Below are positions 19,051-28,312 of a stretch of 64,000 bases of DNA, one piece after another (position 1 is the stretch's first letter; each line of letters starts with the position of its first letter). Source of the stretch: Candidatus Aegiribacteria sp. MLS_C (lineage in GTDB: Bacteria > Fermentibacterota > Fermentibacteria > Fermentibacterales > JCC-6). The stretch covers positions 202,848 through 266,847 of the forward strand of contig LQBI01000024.1 in the NCBI GenBank assembly GCA_002030045.1. The letters are read 5' to 3'. A program made the position numbers and the translations under genes. The notes under the pieces were generated by a model. The model was not told where the DNA came from, ran no database searches, and saw only the letters and a list, made by a program, of their open reading frames with translations.

Positions 19051-19812
19051 ATGTCAGATGAAATGAAGGGGAAAGTGGCGCTGATTACCGGTGGTAGTTC
19101 TGGAATCGGTAAAGCAGCTGCCTTTGCGTTTGCCAACGAGGGAGCACAGGTAGTAATCGCCAGCAGATCAGAGGATACTGGAGAGAAAGCTGCCAGCGAT
19201 ATAAGACAATCCGGTGGAAATGCGAAATGGATTAGGGCAGACGTAACGCAGGAAGACCAAGTTAAGACATTGGTAACACTGATATTAGAGGAGTATGGCA
19301 GGCTTGATTATGCCTTCAATAACGCAGGATCAGGTGGAAAAGGCGGTTGGACTACTGAGATAGAGGAAGAGGACTGGGATAAGACAATATCAGGCTTTCT
19401 GAAGAGTGTATGGCTGTGCATGAAACACGAACTACCAGCAATGCTTGATAACGGACAAGGTTCGATAGTGAATAATTCATCTGTAGACGGTAAACGAGGT
19501 TTCCGTTGGGACCCCGTTTACTCAGCTGCGAAGCATGGAGTGATTGGGTTAACAAAATCATCTGCATTGCAGTATGCCCAGCAAGGAATCCGTATTAACG
19601 CAATCTGCCCTGGATGGATAATAACCCCTCCAGTTGAGAAGATACTAGAGCATAATCCCGAAGCAGGGAATGGTATGCTTCTTCACCAGCCAATTGGAAG
19701 ATTCGGTAAACCTGAGGAAGTAGCTCAGGCAGTTGTCTGGCTGTGTTCAGACAAGTCATCATTGATTACAGGCACAGTGCTTCCAATTGATGGAGGCTAT
19801 CTAGCGATATAA
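19051..19812 (+). CDS. SDR family oxidoreductase (3-oxoacyl-ACP reductase-like).
   Basis: TGGSSGIGKA (Rossmann motif), NNAG, YSAAK (YxxxK). GGAGGA RBS. Confidence 0.85.
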   Translation: MSDEMKGKVALITGGSSGIGKAAAFAFANEGAQVVIASRSEDTGEKAASDIRQSGGNAKWIRADVTQEDQVKTLVTLILEEYGRLDYAFNNAGSGGKGGWTTEIEEEDWDKTISGFLKSVWLCMKHELPAMLDNGQGSIVNNSSVDGKRGFRWDPVYSAAKHGVIGLTKSSALQYAQQGIRINAICPGWIITPPVEKILEHNPEAGNGMLLHQPIGRFGKPEEVAQAVVWLCSDKSSLITGTVLPIDGGYLAI

Positions 19813-19821
19813 ACCGCACGG

Positions 19822-19897
19822 CAACAGAATGCAGCAGAACAGCGTTTGGGAGTTTAACCTGGGTTTTTGCAGTCTGCTGATTCAGAGCGTTCAATAG
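19822..19897. repeat. Family-2 attC-like structured repeat, copy A, 3' of the SDR gene.
   Basis: ...AATGCAGCAGAACAGCG...(loop)...TTTTTGCAGTCTGCTGATT..GAGCGTTCAAT, with imperfect inverted arms CAGCAGAAC.GC / GCAGTCTGCTG. Confidence 0.55.
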
Positions 19898-20293
19898 AAA
19901 AGATAGAAGTCATATCAAACCGGACAGAGATTATCAAGGTAGATAATCATCATTTTAATGATGATATTACAGTCGGTCTTTTCGACAATTTGCAATCCTT
20001 AAGCGAATCTCCGAAAATCAGGTATTCTAATGCTTTGCTGATGCATCAAAAGCAGACTAACCAATTCCGACTAATTGGGTACATTGTCCGAATATAGAAA
20101 TAATAAAATAATTCACACACTCATGTAACTTGTTATTAAATTTTTAAAAGGTTATCATTGTAGTATGTGTGAAGAGTTAATTCTTTCACTGTGAAATCAA
20201 TCTGGGCTATGAAACAAGTCTAACTAACATCGTGTTACATCCTGTCAATAAGTTTACTTCTTTCGAGCTTATGATATTCGGAAGGAGAAAGTC

Positions 20294-22147
20294 ATGTGTT
20301 CACGGGTTATTTTCCTTGCTACTTATCTGGTTATGTTCGCGCCCTTTGAAGTTTACGCAGGTACCGCAACCCAGACTGACTGGTCCGGCGGTGACGGAAT
20401 CTTCGGACCGGTTATAGACTGGGGCAATGAGTTCTATTCTGATACAGACATTGAATGCTACAACAGTCCTTTCAATATTGTTCTCCAGAAAACAATGGCT
20501 CTGACTCCTCTGGAACATACCGTTTGCGGGGATTTCGTTATGCCTGCGGGAGTGTACTCTGCTGATGTCAACGGAGACGGCTATATGGATGTTCTCGGAG
20601 TATCCGTTGCTGCTAGTAATATTACCTGGTGGGAGAATCTGGATAGCTCGGGCACAAGCTGGGCTGAACACATTGTTGATGGAGATTTCGATGGTGCCCG
20701 ATCAGTGTATTCCGCTGATGTCAACGGAGACGGCTATATGGACGTCCTCGGAGCAGGCTGGACAGCCAACGACATCACCTGGTGGGAGAGTATTGACGGC
20801 TCGGGAACAAGCTGGACGGAACACATCGTAGATGGGGAATTCCATACCGCCGCCTCAGTGTATTCCGCTGATGTCAACGGAGACGGTTACATGGATGTCC
20901 TTGGAGCATCTTACAATGGCTCTTTGATCTCTTGGTGGGAGAATCTGGACGGTTCGGGTACCAGTTGGACGGAACATATTGTTGATGGGGCTATCAACAG
21001 TGCTATTTCAGTATGTGCTGCAGATGTCAACGGAGACGGCTACATGGATGTTCTCGGAGTTTCTCAAAATTCATCCTATGTTGCCTGGTGGGAGAATGTG
21101 GACGGCTCGGGCACAAGCTGGGCTGAACATACAGTTGACGCGTCTTTCGGGGGTGCCTATTGGGTATCCTTCGCGGATGTCAACGGGGACAGTTACATGG
21201 ATGTTCTGGGAGCTGCCGCTGATGATGACGAAATCACCTGGTGGGAGAACGTTGACGGCTCGGGCACAAGCTGGATGGAACATATCGTAGATGATAATTT
21301 TGATTATGCCTCATCAGTATACTCCGTGGATGTCAACAGAGACGGCTACATGGATGTCCTGGGCTCAGCTCAATATGCCAACGACATCACCTGGTGGGAG
21401 AACACTGACGGCTCGGGCACTAGCTGGACGGAACATACCGTAGATGGTGACTTCGGTGGTCCTTTCTCAGTGTTTTCCGCTGATATCAACGGAGACGGCT
21501 GGCTGGATGTCCTCGGAGCTGCATATCTTGATAACGACATAACCTGGTGGGATCTGACCGAATATCTCCCTGATGGTTCGCTTGAATCCAGCGTGCTAAA
21601 TGTACAGGAAAGCCCAGACTGGCAGACAATTGACTGGACCTGTACCGAGCCTGCCGGGACAAGTGTTGCTGTGCAGGTGAGGGCTTCGAACAATTCTTCC
21701 AGCATGGGAGCCTGGTCGGATACACTTACAGCTCCCTGTACCCTGGAAGGAATCCTGTCCGACGAAGACAACTATTTCCAGTACAGACTCATACTGAGCA
21801 CCACCGATTCGTTTCTTTCTCCCGTGCTTCACGATGTAGCTGTAGGCTGGGAGCCGTTCACCGGAACGCATGAAGGATCCCGGGTAGAGGTTTCCACATA
21901 CTCTCTATACGGCGCGCAGCCAAATCCGGCACTGGGTCATGCAACGCTGGTCTTTTCGCTGCCTGTTGATTCAAAAGCTGAACTGACAGTATACGACCTG
22001 ACCGGGCGAGTGGTTTACTCCATTAATGGTGTGTACAGTACAGGCGTGCACGAGGTGATACTCGAAGGTCTTGCAAGTGGTGTGTACATGGCCCTTATGA
22101 CCTCGGAAGAATTTGTGGCAACGCTCCAATTCGTTGTGATCGATTAG
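20294..22147 (+). CDS. Secreted FG-GAP/VCBS-repeat (beta-propeller) protein with a T9SS type-A C-terminal sorting domain.
   Basis: Signal peptide. Eight or more tandem repeats of about 60 aa (VYSADVNGDGYMDVLG...ITWWEN.DGSGTSWTEH.VD) carrying a DxNxDGxxD Ca-binding loop. C-terminal QPNPALGHATLVFSLP...LTVYDLTGRVV...SGVYMAL. Confidence 0.75.
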   Translation: MCSRVIFLATYLVMFAPFEVYAGTATQTDWSGGDGIFGPVIDWGNEFYSDTDIECYNSPFNIVLQKTMALTPLEHTVCGDFVMPAGVYSADVNGDGYMDVLGVSVAASNITWWENLDSSGTSWAEHIVDGDFDGARSVYSADVNGDGYMDVLGAGWTANDITWWESIDGSGTSWTEHIVDGEFHTAASVYSADVNGDGYMDVLGASYNGSLISWWENLDGSGTSWTEHIVDGAINSAISVCAADVNGDGYMDVLGVSQNSSYVAWWENVDGSGTSWAEHTVDASFGGAYWVSFADVNGDSYMDVLGAAADDDEITWWENVDGSGTSWMEHIVDDNFDYASSVYSVDVNRDGYMDVLGSAQYANDITWWENTDGSGTSWTEHTVDGDFGGPFSVFSADINGDGWLDVLGAAYLDNDITWWDLTEYLPDGSLESSVLNVQESPDWQTIDWTCTEPAGTSVAVQVRASNNSSSMGAWSDTLTAPCTLEGILSDEDNYFQYRLILSTTDSFLSPVLHDVAVGWEPFTGTHEGSRVEVSTYSLYGAQPNPALGHATLVFSLPVDSKAELTVYDLTGRVVYSINGVYSTGVHEVILEGLASGVYMALMTSEEFVATLQFVVID

Positions 22148-22295
22148 CACCGGCGATCCCGTAGAGTTCAACGAGCTTCACACTCTTCTGGCCTCAACTG
22201 CCAACTGGGAAAGCTTGTTAGCATTTTAAACGCAATGAAGTGAAGCTATAGAACATTTGCAGTATGCACATCTGGAGTATTACTTTGCGGATAAA

Positions 22296-22377
22296 ATTGA
22301 ACAAGCAAATGCAGCAGAACTGCGTCAGAACTATTGAAACTCAGGTTTTTGCAGTCTGCTGATTTAAGCGTTCAGTC
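22296..22377. repeat. Family-2 structured repeat, copy B, about 150 nt 3' of the FG-GAP gene.
   Basis: ATTGAAC-AAGCAA-ATGCAGCAGAACTGCG...GGTTTTTGCAGTCTGCTGATT-TAAGC-GTTCAGT. The R''-L''...L'-R' style layout has AAC/GTT boundaries. Confidence 0.55.
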
Positions 22378-22510
22378 GACCGCAGTCGGAAAAGAAATAA
22401 ACGGAAAATGAATATGAAAACGCTGCAGGAAAAGATAAACAAGTATGCGGAAAGCGGTCGACTGAATGGGCCGCGTATTACCACACGCTAGTTCATCCGC
22501 CTGCGGCGTC

Positions 22511-22551
22511 TGAACAAGCGTATGCAGCAGTCATTGAATCCGAACAAAATG
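22511..22551. repeat. Degenerate partial copy of the family-2 repeat (5' arm only).
   Basis: TGAACAAGCGTATGCAGCAGTCATTGAATCCGAACAAAATG resembles the 5' halves of copies B and C. Confidence 0.35.
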
Positions 22552-22647
22552 AAAGCAAGGCTTATACCTCCGCCGCCGGGAAACTCATCCCGGCTCAATT
22601 GCTGATCTTTTGCTTGTGGATCCATGTTTTTCTAGTCGTTGAATGAT

Positions 22648-23007
22648 CTAGGCTTTCTCGTTCTTTTCGTAGTGAACCCGTGCGTCTCGCAGAAGATGTA
22701 CACAATGGGTATTAAGGCTTTCTCCATGGCGCAGGGCGTCTATGGTAAGTTCTTTGTGTAGATCCTTGCCGACTCGAAGAACAAACTTGCCCGAGTAATC
22801 TTTGCCAGCGGTTTCAGCAGGAAGGGTTGCACCGTCTTGCCCGTATATCTCGATCCACTCTTCTACTACCTGGCAGAGTTCGCGATATACCTTAGCTTCA
22901 TCGTCTCCATGAACACCTCCAAGCATAAGCCCGGGACATGTGCCGATGTAGCAATGATCTTCTTCCGACCACTCGACAATCTTGAGATATCGGTCACTCG
23001 TTTTCAT
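22648..23007 (-). CDS. hicB: HicB family antitoxin.
   Basis: 119 aa. HicB-like fold features (YIGTCPGLMLGGVHGDDEAKVYRE). Overlaps hicA by 4 nt. Confidence 0.6.
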   Translation of the reverse strand: MKTSDRYLKIVEWSEEDHCYIGTCPGLMLGGVHGDDEAKVYRELCQVVEEWIEIYGQDGATLPAETAGKDYSGKFVLRVGKDLHKELTIDALRHGESLNTHCVHLLRDARVHYEKNEKA

Positions 23008-23198
23008 TCCATCACCTCGCGGATTGCTTTCTCTACCTCGCGCTCCTGATACTTCTTTGCGTCCTGCGAAAGGTAACCGCTTATTGTTATCTTCGCTCCC
23101 TTGGGGTGAGTGAAGTTTCGATGGCTACCTTTTCCGCCGCGGTTTATAAAACCCGCATTCTTCAGGTCGCGAATCAACTCTCTTACTTTCCTCGGCAT
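23004..23198 (-). CDS. hicA: HicA family mRNA-interferase toxin.
   Basis: MPRKVRELIRDLKNAGFINRGGKGSHRNFTHPKGAKITISG is the canonical HicA/YcfA sequence. Confidence 0.75.
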   Translation of the reverse strand: MPRKVRELIRDLKNAGFINRGGKGSHRNFTHPKGAKITISGYLSQDAKKYQEREVEKAIREVME

Positions 23199-23454
23199 AT
23201 CTATATAGTACTACAATGATACTACAAATGTCAATGGATCAGCCTAAGACAGAGCTGTATTCAGCAATCATCAGATCCTTTGGCAATACAACCCCTGCGA
23301 AGATTACAGGCATAAACGAGTATACCGAACAGAACCGAACATACCGAACCAATCCAAGCATATCCGCCCGCGAAAGTGTTCATCCAGAGATATTGTGTAT
23401 TGAAATCGGGCTGATTATCATCAATCCAACTGGCTGGGAGTATAACCAGATCCC

Positions 23455-23537
23455 GAACACAACAACAAAATGCAGTAGAACTGCGCAGCGGTGCCTGAAG
23501 GTTATGCTTTTGCAGTCTACTGATTTTGAGTGTTAAA
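23455..23537. repeat. Family-2 structured repeat, copy C, upstream of hicA on the opposite strand.
   Basis: AAAATGCAGTAGAACTGCG...GCTTTTGCAGTCTACTGATTTTGAGTGTTAAAA. Confidence 0.5.
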
Positions 23538-23630
23538 AAGCCAAGTAATTTGCCAATCATTGTAGGGGCTATTTTGTTCCTGATTGGTTTTATTATCGTA
23601 TTACTAAACTATATCGTAGGAGGGTAACAA

Positions 23631-23903
23631 ATGGAATCGATACAAGAGGTGCATCTGTTCATTGAAGGTGGTGGAGATCAGAGACTTGTTAATGAGATTA
23701 TTCAAGCACTACACCCTGAATTTCTTAGGATACCTGGCCTGAGAATACACAAGCATGATGTTGCAAATTGGCCAGAGGAGCCTTTTGTCTATGCAGCAAT
23801 CAGTTTGAAGACACAACACGGAATCAAGTTGACGACATCCAATTGCCTCACACAAGATGGATCAGCGTACGGAAAGAAATTGTACCTGATTATGGTCAGA
23901 TAG
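23631..23903 (+). CDS. Hypothetical small protein.
   Basis: GGAGGG RBS 7 nt upstream. 90 aa. Low GC. Confidence 0.35.
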   Translation: MESIQEVHLFIEGGGDQRLVNEIIQALHPEFLRIPGLRIHKHDVANWPEEPFVYAAISLKTQHGIKLTTSNCLTQDGSAYGKKLYLIMVR

Positions 23904-24028
23904 TAGGTTGCCATAACCAGGGACAACCCTGCCTTACACTCGGTCGGGAACTCCGCTGCGCTCCTTTCCCGCCGGTGAAGGCAACATTAAGTAGAAGAAT
24001 ATGGATGAAGGAACAAAATACAGAGTGA

Positions 24029-24433
24029 TTACTCAAGGTTTGGCACAAAGTCACAGAGATATGTGACCAGAATCGGGAAGAGGTCTTCATGACGATGATT
24101 ATACCTGAACTCCTGTTCCTTCAGGTAGAGCGGGAAATTTTTGTGTGAGACACCATGATGCTTTATAAGACGCTCCTTGGCAAAACTCCAGAACCCTTCG
24201 AGACCGTTGATGTAGACACGCCCCCGGGAGAACTCCTTTCCGTGGTCAACCTTGAGATGCCTGTAACCGCAGAACATCAGGCTGTCATATATCTGGAAGC
24301 GATCGTTGTATACAATGCTTCCCCGGCGGACCTTCTTCAAAGTCAGACCGAGCACGGTCTCGGCCCTGACAGCAGGCTCCGTTCTGCTCACAGTCCTCGC
24401 GGAATTCGTATTCGAACTGTTCCAGAGCATCAT
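24029..24433 (-). pseudogene. IS1595-family (ISXO2-like DDE) transposase, C-terminal fragment only. N-terminally truncated or decayed.
   Basis: GSIVYNDRFQIYDSL..YRHLKVDHGKEF..VYINGLEGFWSFAKERL matches the DDE_Tnp_IS1595 C-terminal half. An in-frame stop lies 5 codons upstream of the first Met. GC composition shifts to host-like immediately 5' of it. Confidence 0.6.
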
Positions 24434-24949
24434 CGTTGGAATCGTGGCTTATCCTGCCGAAACCCAGTGCACCCTCTGCTAACACGACGAAGTCTTCGCC
24501 CCAGTGGTGGAGTATGGGAACTGTCCGGAGGTGCTTGGGCGCCTCCGGTCTCCACCTCACCTGCTGAAGACAGGACTATCGCAGATGATAGAAGAAGAAC
24601 AACAACCGGTCGCTTCATTTCCATTGAGGACTCCTCGACGGTCGACCGTCATGCTGACAGATGCTGACCTCCCCTTTGGGAATGGCCCGTTCAGGCTTCC
24701 CCGATCCGCAATCCGGAATTTATTGAGCACCCGCGGGATTGCCATCTTTCCCGGCGACTCAGCTCCTTTGCCGAATGATAACCGAGCGGTTTCGACCGGT
24801 CAGAGAGAAGTGGACCGTCAAGGCGCACACAGTGATCCTGCCGCATCGCGCCGGAGGCCGGTGAGGTATGTGCGGTTATCGTATTGTCCGGGGCTTCTGC
24901 CACCGCCCCGACCGGATGCACCCGCAGGACGGATTCCGGGAAATACCCG

Positions 24950-25951
24950 TTAGAAACTGCTCAGGGCTATGCTGAGCCAGAGGGGCAGCGTCAGGAGGGC
25001 TGCGAGGTGGACCGCCAGCTGCAGCCCTGAGACCAGTTTCCACCTGCCTCCGTACCTTCTCGCGACAAGCGCGTGGTTCGTGGCGGGAGGAGCCGCGGCG
25101 ACCAGTACCAGGATCGTGGCAGCAAGCGGTTCTACCGGAAGGTTCCTCAGCACCGCATACACCGCCAGGGGGACCGCGATGAGCCTTATCAGGACAAGTG
25201 GTACCGTGTACCTGGAGGGTATCCCGCGAATGCTCCCGGCTCCAGCGATCATGCCGCCCAGTATGATCATTGCCATGGGCGAGAGCATTCGGCTCACGAA
25301 CTCCAGTACGGACATGATCGTCTCAACGGGAGCCATGCCTCCCTGGATCCCCCTCGCCGATTCACGCACCCCCGGTATGAAACTGATGAGGATACCAGCG
25401 AAGAACGAGACTATGGGGGGATTGAATATCCGTTTCAGCCTCTCTGCCGCGGTCAGGTCGGCTGACCTTCCGAGCAGCTTCACACCCGCGGTCCACATTA
25501 TCGCGATGGACGGTAGTGAGACCATTGAGATGTACATGACGGCCTGATCGTGCATGTGCCCTGGAGTCACGGCCAGGATGACGGGCAGCGGTAGATAGAG
25601 ACTGTTGGATATCATCATCATGGCCACCACCGACCGGTCGGCCTGCGGGTCTCCTCCGGGCAGGATCCTGTAGAGCATCGTCCCCGCCGCCCAGGAGAGG
25701 ACTATCCAGGCGGTGGAGAAGAGAACGAGCACGAGCCCCTCCTCCAGTATCTCCAGTGAGAAGGATCGGGCCATGGCCAGCACGAAGGTGCAGGGGATCA
25801 CCACGTCGATCAGGAACCTCACCAGATCCGAGAGGGTGTCTTCACGGATCCATTTCCGCCGGACCATCAGGAACCCCAGCAGCACCAGGAGCGCCATCTG
25901 CCCTATCACGTCGATTGATGTGTACAGACCCTGAAGGAATGATTCCGACAT
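24950..25951 (-). CDS. AEC (auxin efflux carrier / malate permease-like) family transporter.
   Basis: About 10 TM helices, two-repeat topology. Host-like codon usage. Confidence 0.6.
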   Translation of the reverse strand: MSESFLQGLYTSIDVIGQMALLVLLGFLMVRRKWIREDTLSDLVRFLIDVVIPCTFVLAMARSFSLEILEEGLVLVLFSTAWIVLSWAAGTMLYRILPGGDPQADRSVVAMMMISNSLYLPLPVILAVTPGHMHDQAVMYISMVSLPSIAIMWTAGVKLLGRSADLTAAERLKRIFNPPIVSFFAGILISFIPGVRESARGIQGGMAPVETIMSVLEFVSRMLSPMAMIILGGMIAGAGSIRGIPSRYTVPLVLIRLIAVPLAVYAVLRNLPVEPLAATILVLVAAAPPATNHALVARRYGGRWKLVSGLQLAVHLAALLTLPLWLSIALSSF

Positions 25952-26479
25952 CTTACACCCGTTCAGCTTTGTTCATTTGGCCTGAACTCTCCCTGTAAGG
26001 AACTCCGGGTTTCTCGCCGGGATACCGGTGGATCCGACATTGCCCTCCTCCAGGACGCCGTTCCATACGCGATCCGGCAATGACCGGCTGATGGCATCAC
26101 CACCTCGGCCGCACTGAAGAGAAATGCCTTCGGAAGCGACGCTGGTCCTGAGGACCAGTGCATACTAACAGGGTAGCGGCGTCAAGACCAGCGGCGACCT
26201 GACCTGTTGAGCCGTGACCTTCCAGGCTCCTTCCTGTTCGAAGTAATCTGGATAGCCTAATCAAGGGGTTGGATTCCGGGAATTCTAATTGTCGCCAAGC
26301 GGGAGTATTAAGTGTCGCTGATCACTTGTCATCCAGCAAAGGGCCAGCATATATCTGGAAGAAGGTGTTAAGGACCAGGTAGCGCTAACGACTGGACTAA
26401 CCTGATACAGCCGCTCCGGGACGGGTCTCGGTAATGCCTGTGCAGGTTATTCGGAGCGTCAGGCGGATTGAGAAGAAGA

Positions 26480-28312
26480 ATGACTGCACAGCAATGGATC
26501 ATACTGGGAATCCTTACCGTAACGATGGCCTTGTTCATCTGGAATCGCTGGCGGTACGATGTAGTGTCGCTGATGGCACTGCTGGTGGTCACTGTTACTG
26601 GAATCGTTCCGCCCGATGAGGTTTTTTCGGGGTTTGGCCATCCGGCGGTTATCACCGTTGTGGCGGTGCTTGTGGTGAGCAAGGCGCTGTTCAATGCCGG
26701 CGTGATTGATCTGATCGCGCGTCAACTGGGACGGGTCGGCGACCGGCCGACGGTTCAGGTGGCGGCCCTGACGGGACTGGTGACGGTGTTTTCGGGGTTT
26801 ATGAACAATGTCGGGGCGCTTGCGCTGCTGATGCCGGTGGCGACCTGGATGTCGCGCAATAGCGGTCGCTCACCGTCGCTGCTGCTGATGCCGCTGGCCT
26901 TCGGGTCGCTCTTGGGCGGGATGCTGACACTGATCGGGACACCGCCCAATATGATTATCGCTGCGTATCGAGCCAATGTTGCCGAGACGCAGTTCGGGAT
27001 GTTCGATTTTTTGCCGGTTGGCGTCAGCGTCGCCTTTGTCGGGGTGGTCTTCATCGCGCTGGTCGGCTGGCGGCTGATTCCCAAAAAACAGGATAGTGTC
27101 GCATCCGGGGAGCTGTTTGAGGTCAGCGAATATATCAGCGAGTTGCGCGTTCCCGAAGAATCCAAGTTTGTCGGGTTTCCGCTGCACGATCTGCTCTCGG
27201 TGATGCCGAACAAGGAGGATATTACGATTGTCGGTCTGGTGCGTAACGACAAGCGTTTTTTGGCGCCGTCGATGTATCGCGTCCTCAGAGCCGACGACAT
27301 CCTGATGGTCGAGACTGATTCGGACAGCCTCAAGAATTTGATCGACGACGGCGGGCTGGAGTTCATCGAGGGCGACAAGAACGATGAAAAAGACGAAGAA
27401 GGGGAAGAAGAAGAAGAGGACGAAAAAGAAAAACCCGACAAGTCGATTGAATCCGACGACGTCAGTGTTCTCGAGGCCATTGTCGCACCCGAATCGCTGC
27501 TGATCGGGAAGACCGCCTCCAGTCTGTTACTGCGTGAACGTTACGGGGTCAACGTCATCGCCGTCGCCCGTCGCGGAAAGCGTCTTCAGGAACGACTGGG
27601 GCGCATTCGATTCCAGGTCGCAGACATACTGCTGCTTCAGGGCGGGGCCAATTCGCTGCCGTCCACGTTATCGGAGTTGGGCTGTTTGCCCCTGGCCGAG
27701 CGCGGACTGCGCATCGGAAAGCCGCGCAAGGTGCTGCTGCCGGTCGGCATTTTCGCGGTTGCGATGACGCTGGTGGCGATAAATGTGCTGCCCGCCCAGA
27801 TCTCCCTGACCTGTGCGGCGGTGGTGATGATCGTTGCCGGGCTGCTGTCGCCGACCGACGCGTACAAAAGTATTGACTGGCCGGTGGTGGTGCTGCTGGG
27901 GGCGATGATTCCCATCGGTAACGCCTTTGAAACCACCGGCAGCGCGGACTTGATCGCCAGTCAGCTGCACGGCATCGCACAGGCCGCCACGCCGGCGGCG
28001 ATGCTGGCGATCCTGATGGTAGGAACGATGCTGTTGAGCAATATTGTCAACAATGCAGCGGCGGCTATTCTGATGGCACCGATTGCCGCCGGCCTGTCCC
28101 ACGCCATCGGCGCCAATGCAGACCCGTTTTTGATGTGTGTGGCGGTCGGCGCTTCCTGTGCGTTTCTGACGCCCATCGGCCACCAGTCCAACGCGATGGT
28201 CATGGCGCCGGGCGGGTACAGGTTCAGCGACTACTGGCGAATGGGTCTGCCCGTCTCCGTTCTGGTGGTGGTCGTGGGTGTCCCGACGATTCTTCTGTTC
28301 TGGCCCTTATAG
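26480..28312 (+). CDS. SLC13/DASS-type anion permease with two central TrkA-C (RCK_C) domains.
   Basis: N- and C-terminal CitMHS-like TM bundles. Two TrkA-C-like segments (YISELRVPEESKFVGFPL, IVAPESLLIGKTASSLLLRERYGVNVIAVARRGK). Acidic insert DKNDEKDEEGEEEEEDEKEK. Codon usage differs from the rest of the contig. Confidence 0.75.
   Translation: MTAQQWIILGILTVTMALFIWNRWRYDVVSLMALLVVTVTGIVPPDEVFSGFGHPAVITVVAVLVVSKALFNAGVIDLIARQLGRVGDRPTVQVAALTGLVTVFSGFMNNVGALALLMPVATWMSRNSGRSPSLLLMPLAFGSLLGGMLTLIGTPPNMIIAAYRANVAETQFGMFDFLPVGVSVAFVGVVFIALVGWRLIPKKQDSVASGELFEVSEYISELRVPEESKFVGFPLHDLLSVMPNKEDITIVGLVRNDKRFLAPSMYRVLRADDILMVETDSDSLKNLIDDGGLEFIEGDKNDEKDEEGEEEEEDEKEKPDKSIESDDVSVLEAIVAPESLLIGKTASSLLLRERYGVNVIAVARRGKRLQERLGRIRFQVADILLLQGGANSLPSTLSELGCLPLAERGLRIGKPRKVLLPVGIFAVAMTLVAINVLPAQISLTCAAVVMIVAGLLSPTDAYKSIDWPVVVLLGAMIPIGNAFETTGSADLIASQLHGIAQAATPAAMLAILMVGTMLLSNIVNNAAAAILMAPIAAGLSHAIGANADPFLMCVAVGASCAFLTPIGHQSNAMVMAPGGYRFSDYWRMGLPVSVLVVVVGVPTILLFWPL

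Noticed and set aside
19867-20097. 76-aa ORF overlapping family-2 repeat copy A.
   Set aside because: It starts inside the palindromic repeat, has no RBS, and lies in the AT-rich promoter region of the FG-GAP gene. Likely spurious.
20565-21290. 88-103-aa ORFs inside the FG-GAP gene (20565..20831, 20979..21290, 21071..21283).
   Set aside because: Generated by the tandem nucleotide repeats of the FG-GAP gene. Alternate-frame artefacts.
22571-22600. GCCGGGAAACTCATCCCGGC hairpin as the hicB terminator.
   Set aside because: On the hicB (minus) strand it is not followed by a U-run. On the + strand the downstream T-stretch is weak. Not confidently a terminator.
15927-24450. Integron integrase (intI) with attI adjacent to the cassette-like array.
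   Set aside because: No tyrosine-recombinase ORF in the window. Left of the array is the LTD-protein gene. A full integron therefore cannot be claimed, only attC-like elements.
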